A stretch of DNA of 64,000 nt, from NCBI GenBank assembly GCA_963662945.1, contig OY759974.1:672001-736000 (forward strand). Direction: 5' to 3'. Below are positions 42,980 to 52,566 of the stretch, one piece after another; positions within the stretch are counted from its first letter, which is position 1; the number at the start of each line of letters is the position of its first letter. The translations under genes and the position numbers were made by a program. This DNA is from Arcobacteraceae bacterium (GTDB taxonomy: Bacteria > Campylobacterota > Campylobacteria > Campylobacterales > Arcobacteraceae). Under the pieces are notes generated by a model. It saw only the letters and a list, made by a program, of their open reading frames with translations. It had not been told where the DNA came from and ran no database searches.

Positions 42980-43276
42980 ATGACAACAAGAGTAGAAATT
43001 ATAAATGACTTTTTAGCAATCAATGTTAAAGAAGGTAGTACAATACAAGATATCGTAGAGGCAAGTGGTTCAGCACTTCCATTTGGATGTAGAGATGGTG
43101 AATGTGGAACTTGTGTAGTTGAAGTTGAATCAGGTATGGAATTTTTATCACCAAAAACTGATAAAGAAGTAAAAGTTTTAAAAGAGATTTGTTCAGGAAC
43201 ATGTACTCCTCAGTCAAGACTTTCATGTCAAATGAAAATATCTAAACCAAACGGTGTAGTTAGATTAAAATACTAA
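42980..43276 (+). CDS. [2Fe-2S] ferredoxin (adrenodoxin-like)
   Basis: PFGCRDGECGTC...RLSCQ. Confidence 0.88.
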   Translation: MTTRVEIINDFLAINVKEGSTIQDIVEASGSALPFGCRDGECGTCVVEVESGMEFLSPKTDKEVKVLKEICSGTCTPQSRLSCQMKISKPNGVVRLKY

Positions 43277-43295
43277 TTGTATAGTAAACATACAC

Positions 43296-43334
43296 TAAAT
43301 TGTACCAATGAACTCCCGTTTATGGTACAATTTA
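43296..43334. repeat. Perfect 12-bp inverted repeat immediately upstream of rpoN
   Basis: TAAATTGTACCA (43296-43307) and TGGTACAATTTA (43323-43334), 15-nt spacer. Confidence 0.85.
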
Positions 43335-43338
43335 ATTC

Positions 43339-44592
43339 ATGAATAACATACGATTAAATGTAAAACAAAAGCAATCATTACAACTTTCCCTTAGGACTTG
43401 GTTACCTTTACTTCAAGCTCCACTTCAAGAATTAGACACATTATTTAAAGAATACAGTTATGAAAATCCTTTTTTAGAGGTACGTTCTTCTTTTGAATCA
43501 AGCAGTTCAAATGGTGGTTCATCATACAGTGGCAACGGAGAAGATGATAAAAGAGGTTTTATTGAAAATATGAGCATTTATACTGAATCTATCTATGATA
43601 AAATAGATTCACAAATCTGTCCCCCACTATTTCCTACACCAAATTCACAAAAAGTAGCACAAGAGATTCTTTTTTATATTAATGATGAAGGATATTTTGA
43701 AGGAAATATAGAAAAAATAGCTCATAAATGCGGTGTTTACAAAGAATTTGTTGAAACTATTCGACAAAGATTTGCTTATATTGAGCCAATTGGTGTAGGT
43801 GCTTATGATTTAAAAGAATCATTTCTTTTTCAACTCAATGATTTAGATATTGATGAAGAATTATACAGTTTTATCAAAAAAATTATTGCAAATTTAAAAA
43901 ATATAGATAAATATTGTACACATCATAGATTTGAAGATGCAAAAGAGATTATCAAAAAACTAAAATCTCCACCTGCTGTTGAATATCTTGCGGATCAACC
44001 TTACATCATACCAGACTTTTTTGTAGAAGTTGATGATGATATTCGTATAAAAATAAACAATGATTACTATCCAGATATTATTGTAAGTGATCCTTTTAAA
44101 ACAAAAAATGATGAAATAAAGAAAAAGCTTAAAGAAGCAAGGGATTTAGTAAATCTTCTAGAACTTCGAAAATCTACACTCTATAAATTGATTTTAATCA
44201 TAGTTGAGAAACAAATTGCATTTTTTATAGGAAGTGAACTTAAACCCTTAACTATGTCAGAAGTAGCAAATGAATTAGGTTTTGAAGAATCAACAATTAG
44301 CCGTGCAGTGTCAAATAAATATATTAAATGTTCAAGAGGAACTTATCCTTTAAAATATTTTTTTACAAATGCTGTATCAAAAAACTTATCTTCTTCTGAA
44401 ATTAAAAATTATATTGCATCAGTTGTTGAAGCTGAAGATCATGAAGAACCTTTTACAGATCAAGATTTAGTTGAAATGGTACAAAAAAGATACAATGTAG
44501 AAATGGTAAGAAGAACCATCACAAAATATAGAAAACTTTTAGATATGCCCTCTTCTAAAGAGAGAAAAAAAATCTATAAAATGCAAGATTAA
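43339..44592 (+). CDS. rpoN: RNA polymerase sigma-54 factor
   Basis: Region I (LPLLQ...ENPFLE), LKPLTM..VA.ELG.EESTISRAV.NKY HTH, RpoN box VRRTITKYR. Confidence 0.95.
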   Translation: MNNIRLNVKQKQSLQLSLRTWLPLLQAPLQELDTLFKEYSYENPFLEVRSSFESSSSNGGSSYSGNGEDDKRGFIENMSIYTESIYDKIDSQICPPLFPTPNSQKVAQEILFYINDEGYFEGNIEKIAHKCGVYKEFVETIRQRFAYIEPIGVGAYDLKESFLFQLNDLDIDEELYSFIKKIIANLKNIDKYCTHHRFEDAKEIIKKLKSPPAVEYLADQPYIIPDFFVEVDDDIRIKINNDYYPDIIVSDPFKTKNDEIKKKLKEARDLVNLLELRKSTLYKLILIIVEKQIAFFIGSELKPLTMSEVANELGFEESTISRAVSNKYIKCSRGTYPLKYFFTNAVSKNLSSSEIKNYIASVVEAEDHEEPFTDQDLVEMVQKRYNVEMVRRTITKYRKLLDMPSSKERKKIYKMQD

Positions 44593-44616
44593 AATAAGAG
44601 ATTTTTAAATAAAATT

Positions 44617-44648
44617 AAAAAGATAGAGAAAATTCTCTACCTTTTTTT
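44617..44648. terminator. Bidirectional intrinsic terminator between rpoN and the EF-hand gene
   Basis: AAAAAGATAGAGAA-AA-TTCTCTACCTTTTTTT: hairpin flanked by A and T tracts between convergent genes. Confidence 0.75.
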
Positions 44649-45588
44649 ATGAAGCTAAATTAGAAAGGTATTTTCCTAATTTTTGTGCTGTGTCAGTATC
44701 TTGAATTTGTGTATTTACCATCGACATAATCTGTTTATATTTAGACATATCTAAATTATTATTTGTTGTATCAGATTCTGTCGATGTTTCTTCACTTTTT
44801 AGTGCATCAAGAAGTGTAGAAACTAATTTCATAGTATACTCTTGCATATCTTGTGTACTTGAAGATGATTGTGAAGCATCATATGCAGCTTGTTCTGCTG
44901 CTGAAACTACACCATCTTGATTTGTATCAGCAGCTTCATACTCCTCTTCCTCTTCAGAAGAACCACCTGCTCCCATCATTCCACCAGGAGGTGGACCAGA
45001 TGGTTTTTCCACACCTAATTGAGATAAAACTTCTCCCGCTTCATCTTTAGACATTTCACCACTTTCTACACTCTCAAAAAGTGTAGTTAATCCTTGTGCT
45101 AATTCTTCTTGTGTAATACTTCCATCTTCATCAGTATCTAAAGATGTAAATAATTCATCAGATATATCCAACTCAGATAGTGATAATAAGCCATCCGAAT
45201 CAGAATCTTTACTAGTAAAAATATCACTAGCCATCTGCTGGGCATTTGGTTGCCCATGGTTAGGTGGTGGAGGCGGTACTTCAAGACCTAAAGAAGATAA
45301 GAAAGTTCCAAATTCTTCTGGTGTTAATTCTTGATTTTTCATTGAGTCAAGTTTTGATGAAATACTTGATTCCAATTCATCTGAAGATAAACTACCATCA
45401 CCATTTGTATCTAACGATGAGAAATCCTCTTCAGAGATTCCTAATTCATCGATTGATAATAAACTATCACCATCGATATCACTTGTTTCCATAACTTTTG
45501 ATACCAAATCAGCCGCACTTGGTGGTTTTGGTTGAGTCATATTTGAAGCTTGCATAATACTACTATAACTACTTGTTGAAACATTCAT
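44647..45588 (-). CDS. Acidic five-EF-hand calcium-binding protein with internal duplication
   Basis: Loops DIDGDSLLSIDE, DTNGDGSLSSDE, DSDSDGLLSLSE, DTDEDGSITQEE, DTNQDGVVSAAE; poly-Pro linkers. Confidence 0.85.
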   Translation of the reverse strand: MNVSTSSYSSIMQASNMTQPKPPSAADLVSKVMETSDIDGDSLLSIDELGISEEDFSSLDTNGDGSLSSDELESSISSKLDSMKNQELTPEEFGTFLSSLGLEVPPPPPNHGQPNAQQMASDIFTSKDSDSDGLLSLSELDISDELFTSLDTDEDGSITQEELAQGLTTLFESVESGEMSKDEAGEVLSQLGVEKPSGPPPGGMMGAGGSSEEEEEYEAADTNQDGVVSAAEQAAYDASQSSSSTQDMQEYTMKLVSTLLDALKSEETSTESDTTNNNLDMSKYKQIMSMVNTQIQDTDTAQKLGKYLSNLAS

Positions 45589-45618
45589 AACATATCCTTT
45601 TCAATGTTTATTTCACAA

Positions 45619-45651
45619 ATTGTATAATTTTAAAGTAAACAAAGGGTAACA
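45619..45651 (-). promoter_or_regulatory. Promoter of the EF-hand gene with putative OmpR-type tandem box
   Basis: Coding strand TGTTACCCTTTGTTTAC-N10-TACAAT. Confidence 0.6.
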
Positions 45652-45662
45652 ATTGTAATTAT

Positions 45663-46814
45663 TTATAACATTTTAAAATATATAACGAGTATCTCTTTTT
45701 GTATATTTAATTTATAGTTTTCTATATCAAGAATTCGAATATCCATCGAATTTTGTATAGTTTGTACATCATCTACTGTTTTATAACCAGCTTTATACTC
45801 TTCTTGATTCATTATAAGTAATTCATTGTATAATTTAATATCATCTACTGCTAATTTTATCCTCTCTTCATAATTAGAAATTGTCATAATAGCACTATCA
45901 TATACAAAACTATTTTCTATAATAGCTTCTCGCAATTCCTGCTTACTTATAAGATAATCTAGTTTTTTCTGTTCAATATTACTTGAAGAGGTATAACTCA
46001 GTGGTACTGTTACACTAAGTCCATAATTATAATAATCATCCCCCACATCTTTATTTGTATCGTTATAGCCATAAGTACCATTAAGACCAATTGTTGGATA
46101 ATAATCACTTTTTTTAATTTTATAAAGATTTTCATCTACACTTATGTTCACTTTTGCATAATTTATATTTGTAGAGTTTTTTAAAAATAACTCTTTAGAA
46201 ACTAATTTTATATTTGGAAGAGAAATATCTGTATATTCTCTATCTGTAAATTTTTTTATCTCATTTATATTGACTAATTTTGTTAATTCTAATTCCTTTT
46301 GATTATCACTCAATTGATTTTTTGTCATTATTGCATTATTTAAATCACTAATATCCAAATCCCCTGCTTTGTATTGTGACTTTTTATTTCTTATCTCTAT
46401 TTGGCTATTATTGATATTTAACATATTTTGTTTAATAGCAATATTGTTGAGTTTAATATTTATTAAAAATTCATATAAAGAATTTAGGTCATCTTTTTGT
46501 GTAATACTAAGATTTATTAGTTCAAGTTTTTGTAACTCATTGGCGTATTCTATCTGAGAACTAATTCCCCCAAATTTAAAAATATCCTGAGAAAATGTTG
46601 CAGAATAATCTTGTGTATCCAAATCATCTTGGTTAGTTGTATAACTTCCTTTTAAATTAATTTCTCCAATATAATCAAATTTATTGGAGATTGCTTTTTG
46701 TTCAATCTGTTTTTTCTCCAATTCAAGAATCTGCTTTTTTGTATCAGATAAGAGATTTATATCCTCTGCATTGATAAATGTTAAGATGAAAAATATATAA
46801 CTTAAAATTCTCAT
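45663..46814 (-). CDS. TolC-family outer membrane efflux protein
   Basis: Signal peptide; YKAGDLDISDL, YYPTIGLNG...GLSVTVPL repeats. Confidence 0.8.
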   Translation of the reverse strand: MRILSYIFFILTFINAEDINLLSDTKKQILELEKKQIEQKAISNKFDYIGEINLKGSYTTNQDDLDTQDYSATFSQDIFKFGGISSQIEYANELQKLELINLSITQKDDLNSLYEFLINIKLNNIAIKQNMLNINNSQIEIRNKKSQYKAGDLDISDLNNAIMTKNQLSDNQKELELTKLVNINEIKKFTDREYTDISLPNIKLVSKELFLKNSTNINYAKVNISVDENLYKIKKSDYYPTIGLNGTYGYNDTNKDVGDDYYNYGLSVTVPLSYTSSSNIEQKKLDYLISKQELREAIIENSFVYDSAIMTISNYEERIKLAVDDIKLYNELLIMNQEEYKAGYKTVDDVQTIQNSMDIRILDIENYKLNIQKEILVIYFKML

Positions 46815-47512
46815 TTTACAAATTCCACTTTTACCACTTCTCCAAAGTTTTGATTATGAAGCTTTAAAATAATTTTATGTGCAGATACAAAAGTGTCATC
46901 AAGTGTTACATCTATTTTATCAACTGTAGCAACCGCTTCTTGTCCATTTATCAATACTTTTTTAGTTGTTATACCTTCATAATCTTCACTGCTTAAATAC
47001 ACAACTATTTTGGATTGAGATATATCATAAGCAGTTGCTAGTTTTGCTCCTATTGAAACATAATCCGCTTTATTTACAGCAAACTCTTTTATATATAATG
47101 ACTTTACATTAATATTCTTTTTATCTATAGTATCTTGCAACTCTTCTATTGTTATTTTCAAATTATTGATTGTAATTTTTAAATCTATAACATCATAATA
47201 TTTTTCATCTTTTTCAGATTGACTTTTTCCCCTAATCCCTAAAAACTTTTGATAATTACTTTCTAAAATCTTTAATTTCTCATTATATAAACTAAGTTGA
47301 TTTTTATAAAGTTTTAAATGTTTTTGCTCCAAACTATCATCTAATTTTATTAAACTTCCATTGATAACTTGTGTTTCATCATCTTTATTAAGTTGTACTA
47401 TTTGTCCCGAAGTTTGTGAATAAATTGTAAACTCTTCATAGGGTTCAATTTTTGCCATATAACTTTGTGCATATACTATAAAAGGTATGAATAAAAATAA
47501 AATACTTTTCAT
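46811..47512 (-). CDS. Short periplasmic adaptor (MFP/HlyD-like)
   Basis: IYSQTSGQIV lipoyl half, coiled coil, VNKADYVSIGAKLA; located between RND and TolC. Confidence 0.75.
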   Translation of the reverse strand: MKSILFLFIPFIVYAQSYMAKIEPYEEFTIYSQTSGQIVQLNKDDETQVINGSLIKLDDSLEQKHLKLYKNQLSLYNEKLKILESNYQKFLGIRGKSQSEKDEKYYDVIDLKITINNLKITIEELQDTIDKKNINVKSLYIKEFAVNKADYVSIGAKLATAYDISQSKIVVYLSSEDYEGITTKKVLINGQEAVATVDKIDVTLDDTFVSAHKIILKLHNQNFGEVVKVEFVK

Positions 47513-47515
47513 ATA

Positions 47516-48163
47516 CTATTTCCTTTTTTTAGATTTTTTAGTTGCTTTTTGTTTAGCTTGAAATGTTTTTTTATACGAACTTTCATTTAGATGCTCAATT
47601 AATTGGGCTGATAATTTATACATATTCATAATCAACTCTTTTTTATCACTTTTTTGTTCATTTTTTATTTTATCAAATCGATCAATCAAGTCTATATAAT
47701 CAACTTCATTTAAAAAAGGATATAAAATACTAGACTTTTCCTCTTCTAAAACCCATTGACTTAAAGTAGAAATTATAATAACTTCAGGCAACCATCTTTG
47801 ACCAATAGAAAGTTTTGATTCCATTACTTTTAATAAAGAATTATAGTACACAATAAGTGGTTCTTCTTTATCAAATAAAACTCTAAATGCCTTATTTGTA
47901 TTGTTTTTATTTGCAATTAAAGATTTTAAATATGTTACTGGAACTACACTTTTTTCTAATTCTTCTTTTATATTTTTTAGGTTTGTATAGATACATTTCG
48001 TATCTTCTATATTTTTACCTTGCAAATTTACACTATTTTCTTTTTGTATTTTTATAAATAATTGTTCAACTAAAGTTCTTACAAATACCAGTAATGCTTC
48101 TGTTTTTTGTTCTCTTAGAAGTATAGGCTTAATTCTATTTGGACATTTATGGTTTATTATCAT
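47516..48163 (-). CDS. Hypothetical soluble protein inside the RND operon
   Basis: 215-aa ORF, GGAG RBS, tight 9-nt and 3-nt gaps, no signal peptide, basic tail. Confidence 0.7.
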   Translation of the reverse strand: MIINHKCPNRIKPILLREQKTEALLVFVRTLVEQLFIKIQKENSVNLQGKNIEDTKCIYTNLKNIKEELEKSVVPVTYLKSLIANKNNTNKAFRVLFDKEEPLIVYYNSLLKVMESKLSIGQRWLPEVIIISTLSQWVLEEEKSSILYPFLNEVDYIDLIDRFDKIKNEQKSDKKELIMNMYKLSAQLIEHLNESSYKKTFQAKQKATKKSKKRK

Positions 48164-48172
48164 TCATACTCC

Positions 48173-51100
48173 TTACTCTTTTATTCGAAATAATGTTGCA
48201 TATAAAGCTGGAACATACACTAGATTTAAAACTGTTCCCCAAGCTATACCAAATCCTAAAGATATAGCAATTGGTTGTAACATCACAGATTCACCTGTTG
48301 GAAAAAACATTAAAGTAAAAAGTCCCAACATTGTTGTAATAGAAGTAATTAAGATTGGTCTTACCCTTTGTTTTGCTCTTACAAAAAATTCACTTTTATT
48401 TTTAGTATCATGTAAAAAATCGAGCATAATAATTCCATCGTTAATAACAACTCCAGCTAACCCTAACATCCCTATCATTGATTGGGAATTTAGATTTATA
48501 CCAACTATAAAATGCCCTATTATTGGTCCTAAAATCGTAAAAGGTATTACAGATAATATAATAAATGCACTTTTAAATGAAGGAAAATTAATAAGTAAAG
48601 TAATAAATATTAAAAATATTGCAATTAAAAATGCTTTTATAAGATCTGTTGCCAACTGTTGGCTTTTCTCTTTTTCTCCTCCAAAATCCACCTCAACACC
48701 TTGGGATTGAATATTTTTAATAGTACCATCAAGTTTATTTAAAACTTCATTTGCATTTATGACATTATTATCTACATTTGCAAATACTTTTTTGTAAACT
48801 TTACCATCCTCTTTCTCGATTTTTTCAAAATTTCTCTCAATTTTAAAATCAACAACCTCTTTGAGCATTACATATTTATCATCAATTGGGATATAAAAAT
48901 TTTCCAGTTCACTCAAACTATTTTTATATGTTGATTGGGTAATGATTTTAATAATTCCATCTTCATTAAAAGTATTTGCTTGTTCCTTTTCCATAAATAA
49001 ACTACTTAAGGCATTTGCGATTTCACTATCTGTCAAACCTAAACTTTTTCCATAAGCATTAACCACATATTTATATTCACTTTGTCCTAACTGTGTATTA
49101 TCACTTATATCTTTAACACCATTAATAGTATTTAATTCTTTTTTTAATATCTCAATACTAGAGATTAATGTTTTTGTGTCATTTGCGCTTAATAAAATCT
49201 CAACATCTGTTTGAACTATTCCCATTCTTCTTGTTACAACATTAAACTCTTTTGCTTTGTCTTGTTTTGTTAAAGGAATAATAAGTTCTCTAATTTTATC
49301 CATTGCTACACTTGTTTTAATTGGTCGTATCTTATCTGCCCTTGTAAAATCAAAACTAAAATTCAAAATAGGATTTACATAATTTTCTAAAAAATTTTCT
49401 TCTCTAAAATCTTCTAATTCTAAAGCTAATGTAAAACCATATTCGATTGTTTCTTTTGAACTTGTAATATCACTATAACTTCCTACTGTCGTATTGATAT
49501 TTTTTATATAGAGCTCTTTTTTATTCTCTAAAAGTATTTGTTCATATTTTCTTACTATCTCATTTGTTTTTTCAATAGGAATTGACTCGTCTAGTTTTAC
49601 AGATATTGTCACATTATTCGAATCCATATCTGGAAAAAACTGAAATCTACTAGCACTTACAAGAAGAAAAGAAAGTATTGGTATTGTTATAAAAAATGTC
49701 ACCAAAAAAGTTCTTTTGTAATGAATCACTTTATGTAATAATGTTTCATAAAAATCATAAGCTTTTGTCCAATCAAGCTGTTTTTCATTTGCTTTTAAAA
49801 TATGTTTTGCATGTAATGGTAAAAATAAAAATGATTCAATAAGTGATGAAAGAATTAAACAAGAGATCACTATAGGAATAAGTTTCATCAACAATCCCAT
49901 CTCACCACTTATAAGTAACATAGGTAAAAAAGCAAATACAGTCGTCATAGCAGCTATAAGTACAGGTGCAATCATCTCTTGAGTCCCTTGGATAACCGCA
50001 TCTTGAATATTATTTCCATTGTCCAAATGGCGTTGAATATTCTCACTTACAATAATAGCATCATCAACAACAATACCCAAAGTTATTAACATAGCCATCA
50101 TTGAAATCATATTCAAACTATATCCCATCATCTCTATAAACATGAGTCCAATTATAAAAGAAAATGGAATCCCCATCACGATTACAAATGACAACCTTGG
50201 GCTTATTAAAATATACATAGAAAAACCAACTAGAATCAATCCCAATGTAATATTGGCAATAATTGTTTGAATCCTATCACTTATAGGGCCTGAACTATCT
50301 CTAGAAATTATGAGAGAAATACCTTGATGTTCTTTTTTATACTCTTCAAAAAGTTTTCGTACACTTTTTGCTATTTTAATACTATCTCCCTCATCATCTT
50401 TATAAATGCTAAGAGAGATTGTATTTTCTCCATTGAGTCTTGAAATTGTTTCATCAATAGGATAGTCAATAGTAATTGTAGTTATATCTTGAAGATATAC
50501 TTTTTTATCTCCAATTTTAAGAATAGAATTTTTCCAAAATTCTTTATTAAACTTATCATTATTGGCACTTAAATAAATATGATTTCCCACTTGTTCTATA
50601 CTAGCAACAGGATACATATAAGAGAGTTCCCCTATTGCACTCACAACTGTTGATGTATTTAAACCATACATATTTATTTTTTTATGATCAAGTTGTAAAT
50701 CTATCTCTAAATCAGAATCTCCAAAAATCTCTACTTCACTGATACTATCTATTTGCATCAATGATGATTTTAGCTTATCACTCAAAGTTAAAAGAGCTTT
50801 TTTATCAAGATTCATAGAGGTCATTGAAACTGTCATAAGTGACATTTTTCGTTCAACACTTGTCACTGTTGGTTCATTCATATCAGATGGAAAGTATTTT
50901 TTAGCACTACTTACGGCATCTTTTACTTCATTGATTTTATCAGTTTTATTCACTCCATCTTGAAGTTCTATACTAATAGAAAAACTACCAGAACTTATTG
51001 TAGAGGTGACAGATTCTAAGCCAGATATAGATTCTATTTGATTTTCTATCTCTGTTACTGCAAAGTTATTCAAACTATCTGCACTTGCTCCACTATAGCT

Positions 51101-51250
51101 ACCACTAACTCGAATTGTCTCAAGTTCTACAGATGGAAACATCTCTTTTGGAATTTTTATATATGCAAATATACCCATCACTATTATAAAAAGTAATAAG
51201 GTATAATTCAATCTTAAATTTTTTAAAAAGTATTCGATAATTTGATTCAT
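48173..51250 (-). CDS. RND efflux permease (AcrB/AcrD/AcrF family)
   Basis: 1025 aa, GIVVDDAIIVSEN, GVVINDGI, RVRPILITSITT. Confidence 0.92.
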   Translation of the reverse strand: MNQIIEYFLKNLRLNYTLLLFIIVMGIFAYIKIPKEMFPSVELETIRVSGSYSGASADSLNNFAVTEIENQIESISGLESVTSTISSGSFSISIELQDGVNKTDKINEVKDAVSSAKKYFPSDMNEPTVTSVERKMSLMTVSMTSMNLDKKALLTLSDKLKSSLMQIDSISEVEIFGDSDLEIDLQLDHKKINMYGLNTSTVVSAIGELSYMYPVASIEQVGNHIYLSANNDKFNKEFWKNSILKIGDKKVYLQDITTITIDYPIDETISRLNGENTISLSIYKDDEGDSIKIAKSVRKLFEEYKKEHQGISLIISRDSSGPISDRIQTIIANITLGLILVGFSMYILISPRLSFVIVMGIPFSFIIGLMFIEMMGYSLNMISMMAMLITLGIVVDDAIIVSENIQRHLDNGNNIQDAVIQGTQEMIAPVLIAAMTTVFAFLPMLLISGEMGLLMKLIPIVISCLILSSLIESFLFLPLHAKHILKANEKQLDWTKAYDFYETLLHKVIHYKRTFLVTFFITIPILSFLLVSASRFQFFPDMDSNNVTISVKLDESIPIEKTNEIVRKYEQILLENKKELYIKNINTTVGSYSDITSSKETIEYGFTLALELEDFREENFLENYVNPILNFSFDFTRADKIRPIKTSVAMDKIRELIIPLTKQDKAKEFNVVTRRMGIVQTDVEILLSANDTKTLISSIEILKKELNTINGVKDISDNTQLGQSEYKYVVNAYGKSLGLTDSEIANALSSLFMEKEQANTFNEDGIIKIITQSTYKNSLSELENFYIPIDDKYVMLKEVVDFKIERNFEKIEKEDGKVYKKVFANVDNNVINANEVLNKLDGTIKNIQSQGVEVDFGGEKEKSQQLATDLIKAFLIAIFLIFITLLINFPSFKSAFIILSVIPFTILGPIIGHFIVGINLNSQSMIGMLGLAGVVINDGIIMLDFLHDTKNKSEFFVRAKQRVRPILITSITTMLGLFTLMFFPTGESVMLQPIAISLGFGIAWGTVLNLVYVPALYATLFRIKE

Positions 51251-51256
51251 AGCTGT

Positions 51257-51289
51257 ATTATATCAATCTAGTATAAACGATTAATAACA
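51257..51289 (-). promoter_or_regulatory. Promoter of the RND operon (extended -10, putative OmpR-type box)
   Basis: Coding strand TGTTATTAATCGTTTAT-N10-TATAAT, TGn extension, 6 nt to the ATG. Confidence 0.6.
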
Positions 51290-51294
51290 CTTTA

Positions 51295-52566
51295 TTAAAA
51301 TTGAATTTTAAAAATATTATTGCCATTCTGATAACTATATTCTAGTACTAAATTATGTGCTTTTAATATATTTTGAACAATATATAGCCCTAGTCCTAAG
51401 CCACTTTTACTATTTTCAAACTCTTTATTAAATGGTTTTTTATACTCCTCCAATGACTTTGATAATCTATCACCACTTGATGATATCATAAAGGTATTAT
51501 CAGTTATTGTAATATTTGGTTTCTTTTTGCTATATTTCATTGCATTGTCTATTAAGTTTTTTATCGCGATTGAAAAAAGTTCAAAATCTACATTAATAGT
51601 TAAATCCTCTTGAATATTTAATCTGATTGAATCATTATCAACTAATAAGATATCTAAAGAATTATCAATAATATCAACTAATCTAAAATTTCGTTTTTGT
51701 AATTTTAAATTTTTAGATGTAAACTCTTCTATTTTTTTAAACTCTTTCAACAAATATTCTAATCGTAAAAAAGCTTTATGAAGACTCTCTTTAAATTTAC
51801 TTTCATCCATCATTCCTATAATTAAAAGCCCCTTAGTAATAGGTGTTTTTAATTCATGCATAATATTTCGTAAAAAAAGATTTCTAGAATATGTCAAATC
51901 TCTAATTTGTTTTATTGCATTATCAAACTCATTAGACAATGAACTTATCTCATCTTTCCCTTTACATCGTGTATCAACATTTAAATCCCCATTTGCAAAA
52001 TGTGTAATACTTTTTTTTAAGTTTTTCAGTGGTTTTAATTTCTTTAATAAAAAAATATAAAAAGAAATCAAAACTAAATTTAATAACACTGTAAGCACTA
52101 AAATATATTTTGTTTTATCTGTTATAAATAGCTTGTCTTTTATCAAAATTGGATGTAAAGGGTGTTTATCATAAAAATATCTATACCCTTTATAATTATA
52201 AAGTTCCCATTCTCTTTGTGCACTTAAAAGTTCCCCTTGCTCTTTTAGTACTTCATATGTTATTTTAGATATTTCTAAATCAAATGGCAATAATAATTTA
52301 TTTAATTCACCTTCATTTTTTTCTTGTGGCTCTTTTGGAGGAAACATATCAAAAAAATCAAATTTTTGTTCTTGAAATCTATTTTGAAATCGCATAGGTG
52401 GTTCATGAATTTTAAAAAGTGTTTTCATATATTTTGAAACCAATAAATCAATTTGTTGCTGTTTTGTGATATTGTAACCTATATAAATAATTGTATGAAT
52501 TAACAACACCATCAAGACAAAGAAAATTGTTATTGGGAAAAAAATTGAATCTTTATTGGTTAACAA
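51295..52566 (-). CDS. Sensor histidine kinase (HAMP-HisKA-HATPase, ArsS-like)
   Basis: Two TMs, HAMP DEISSL, RNIMHELKTPITKG, KNLIDNAMKY, GLGLGLYI. Confidence 0.92.
   Translation of the reverse strand: MLTNKDSIFFPITIFFVLMVLLIHTIIYIGYNITKQQQIDLLVSKYMKTLFKIHEPPMRFQNRFQEQKFDFFDMFPPKEPQEKNEGELNKLLLPFDLEISKITYEVLKEQGELLSAQREWELYNYKGYRYFYDKHPLHPILIKDKLFITDKTKYILVLTVLLNLVLISFYIFLLKKLKPLKNLKKSITHFANGDLNVDTRCKGKDEISSLSNEFDNAIKQIRDLTYSRNLFLRNIMHELKTPITKGLLIIGMMDESKFKESLHKAFLRLEYLLKEFKKIEEFTSKNLKLQKRNFRLVDIIDNSLDILLVDNDSIRLNIQEDLTINVDFELFSIAIKNLIDNAMKYSKKKPNITITDNTFMISSSGDRLSKSLEEYKKPFNKEFENSKSGLGLGLYIVQNILKAHNLVLEYSYQNGNNIFKIQF

Noticed and set aside
43278-43294. NifA upstream activator sequence TGT-N10-ACA
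   Set aside because: Spacing is N11 and no sigma54 promoter lies downstream. I also found no convincing UAS by eye upstream of the two sigma54 sites.
44647-45588. Lanmodulin
   Set aside because: The EF loops lack the Pro at position 2, there is no signal peptide, and no methylotrophy genes are nearby.
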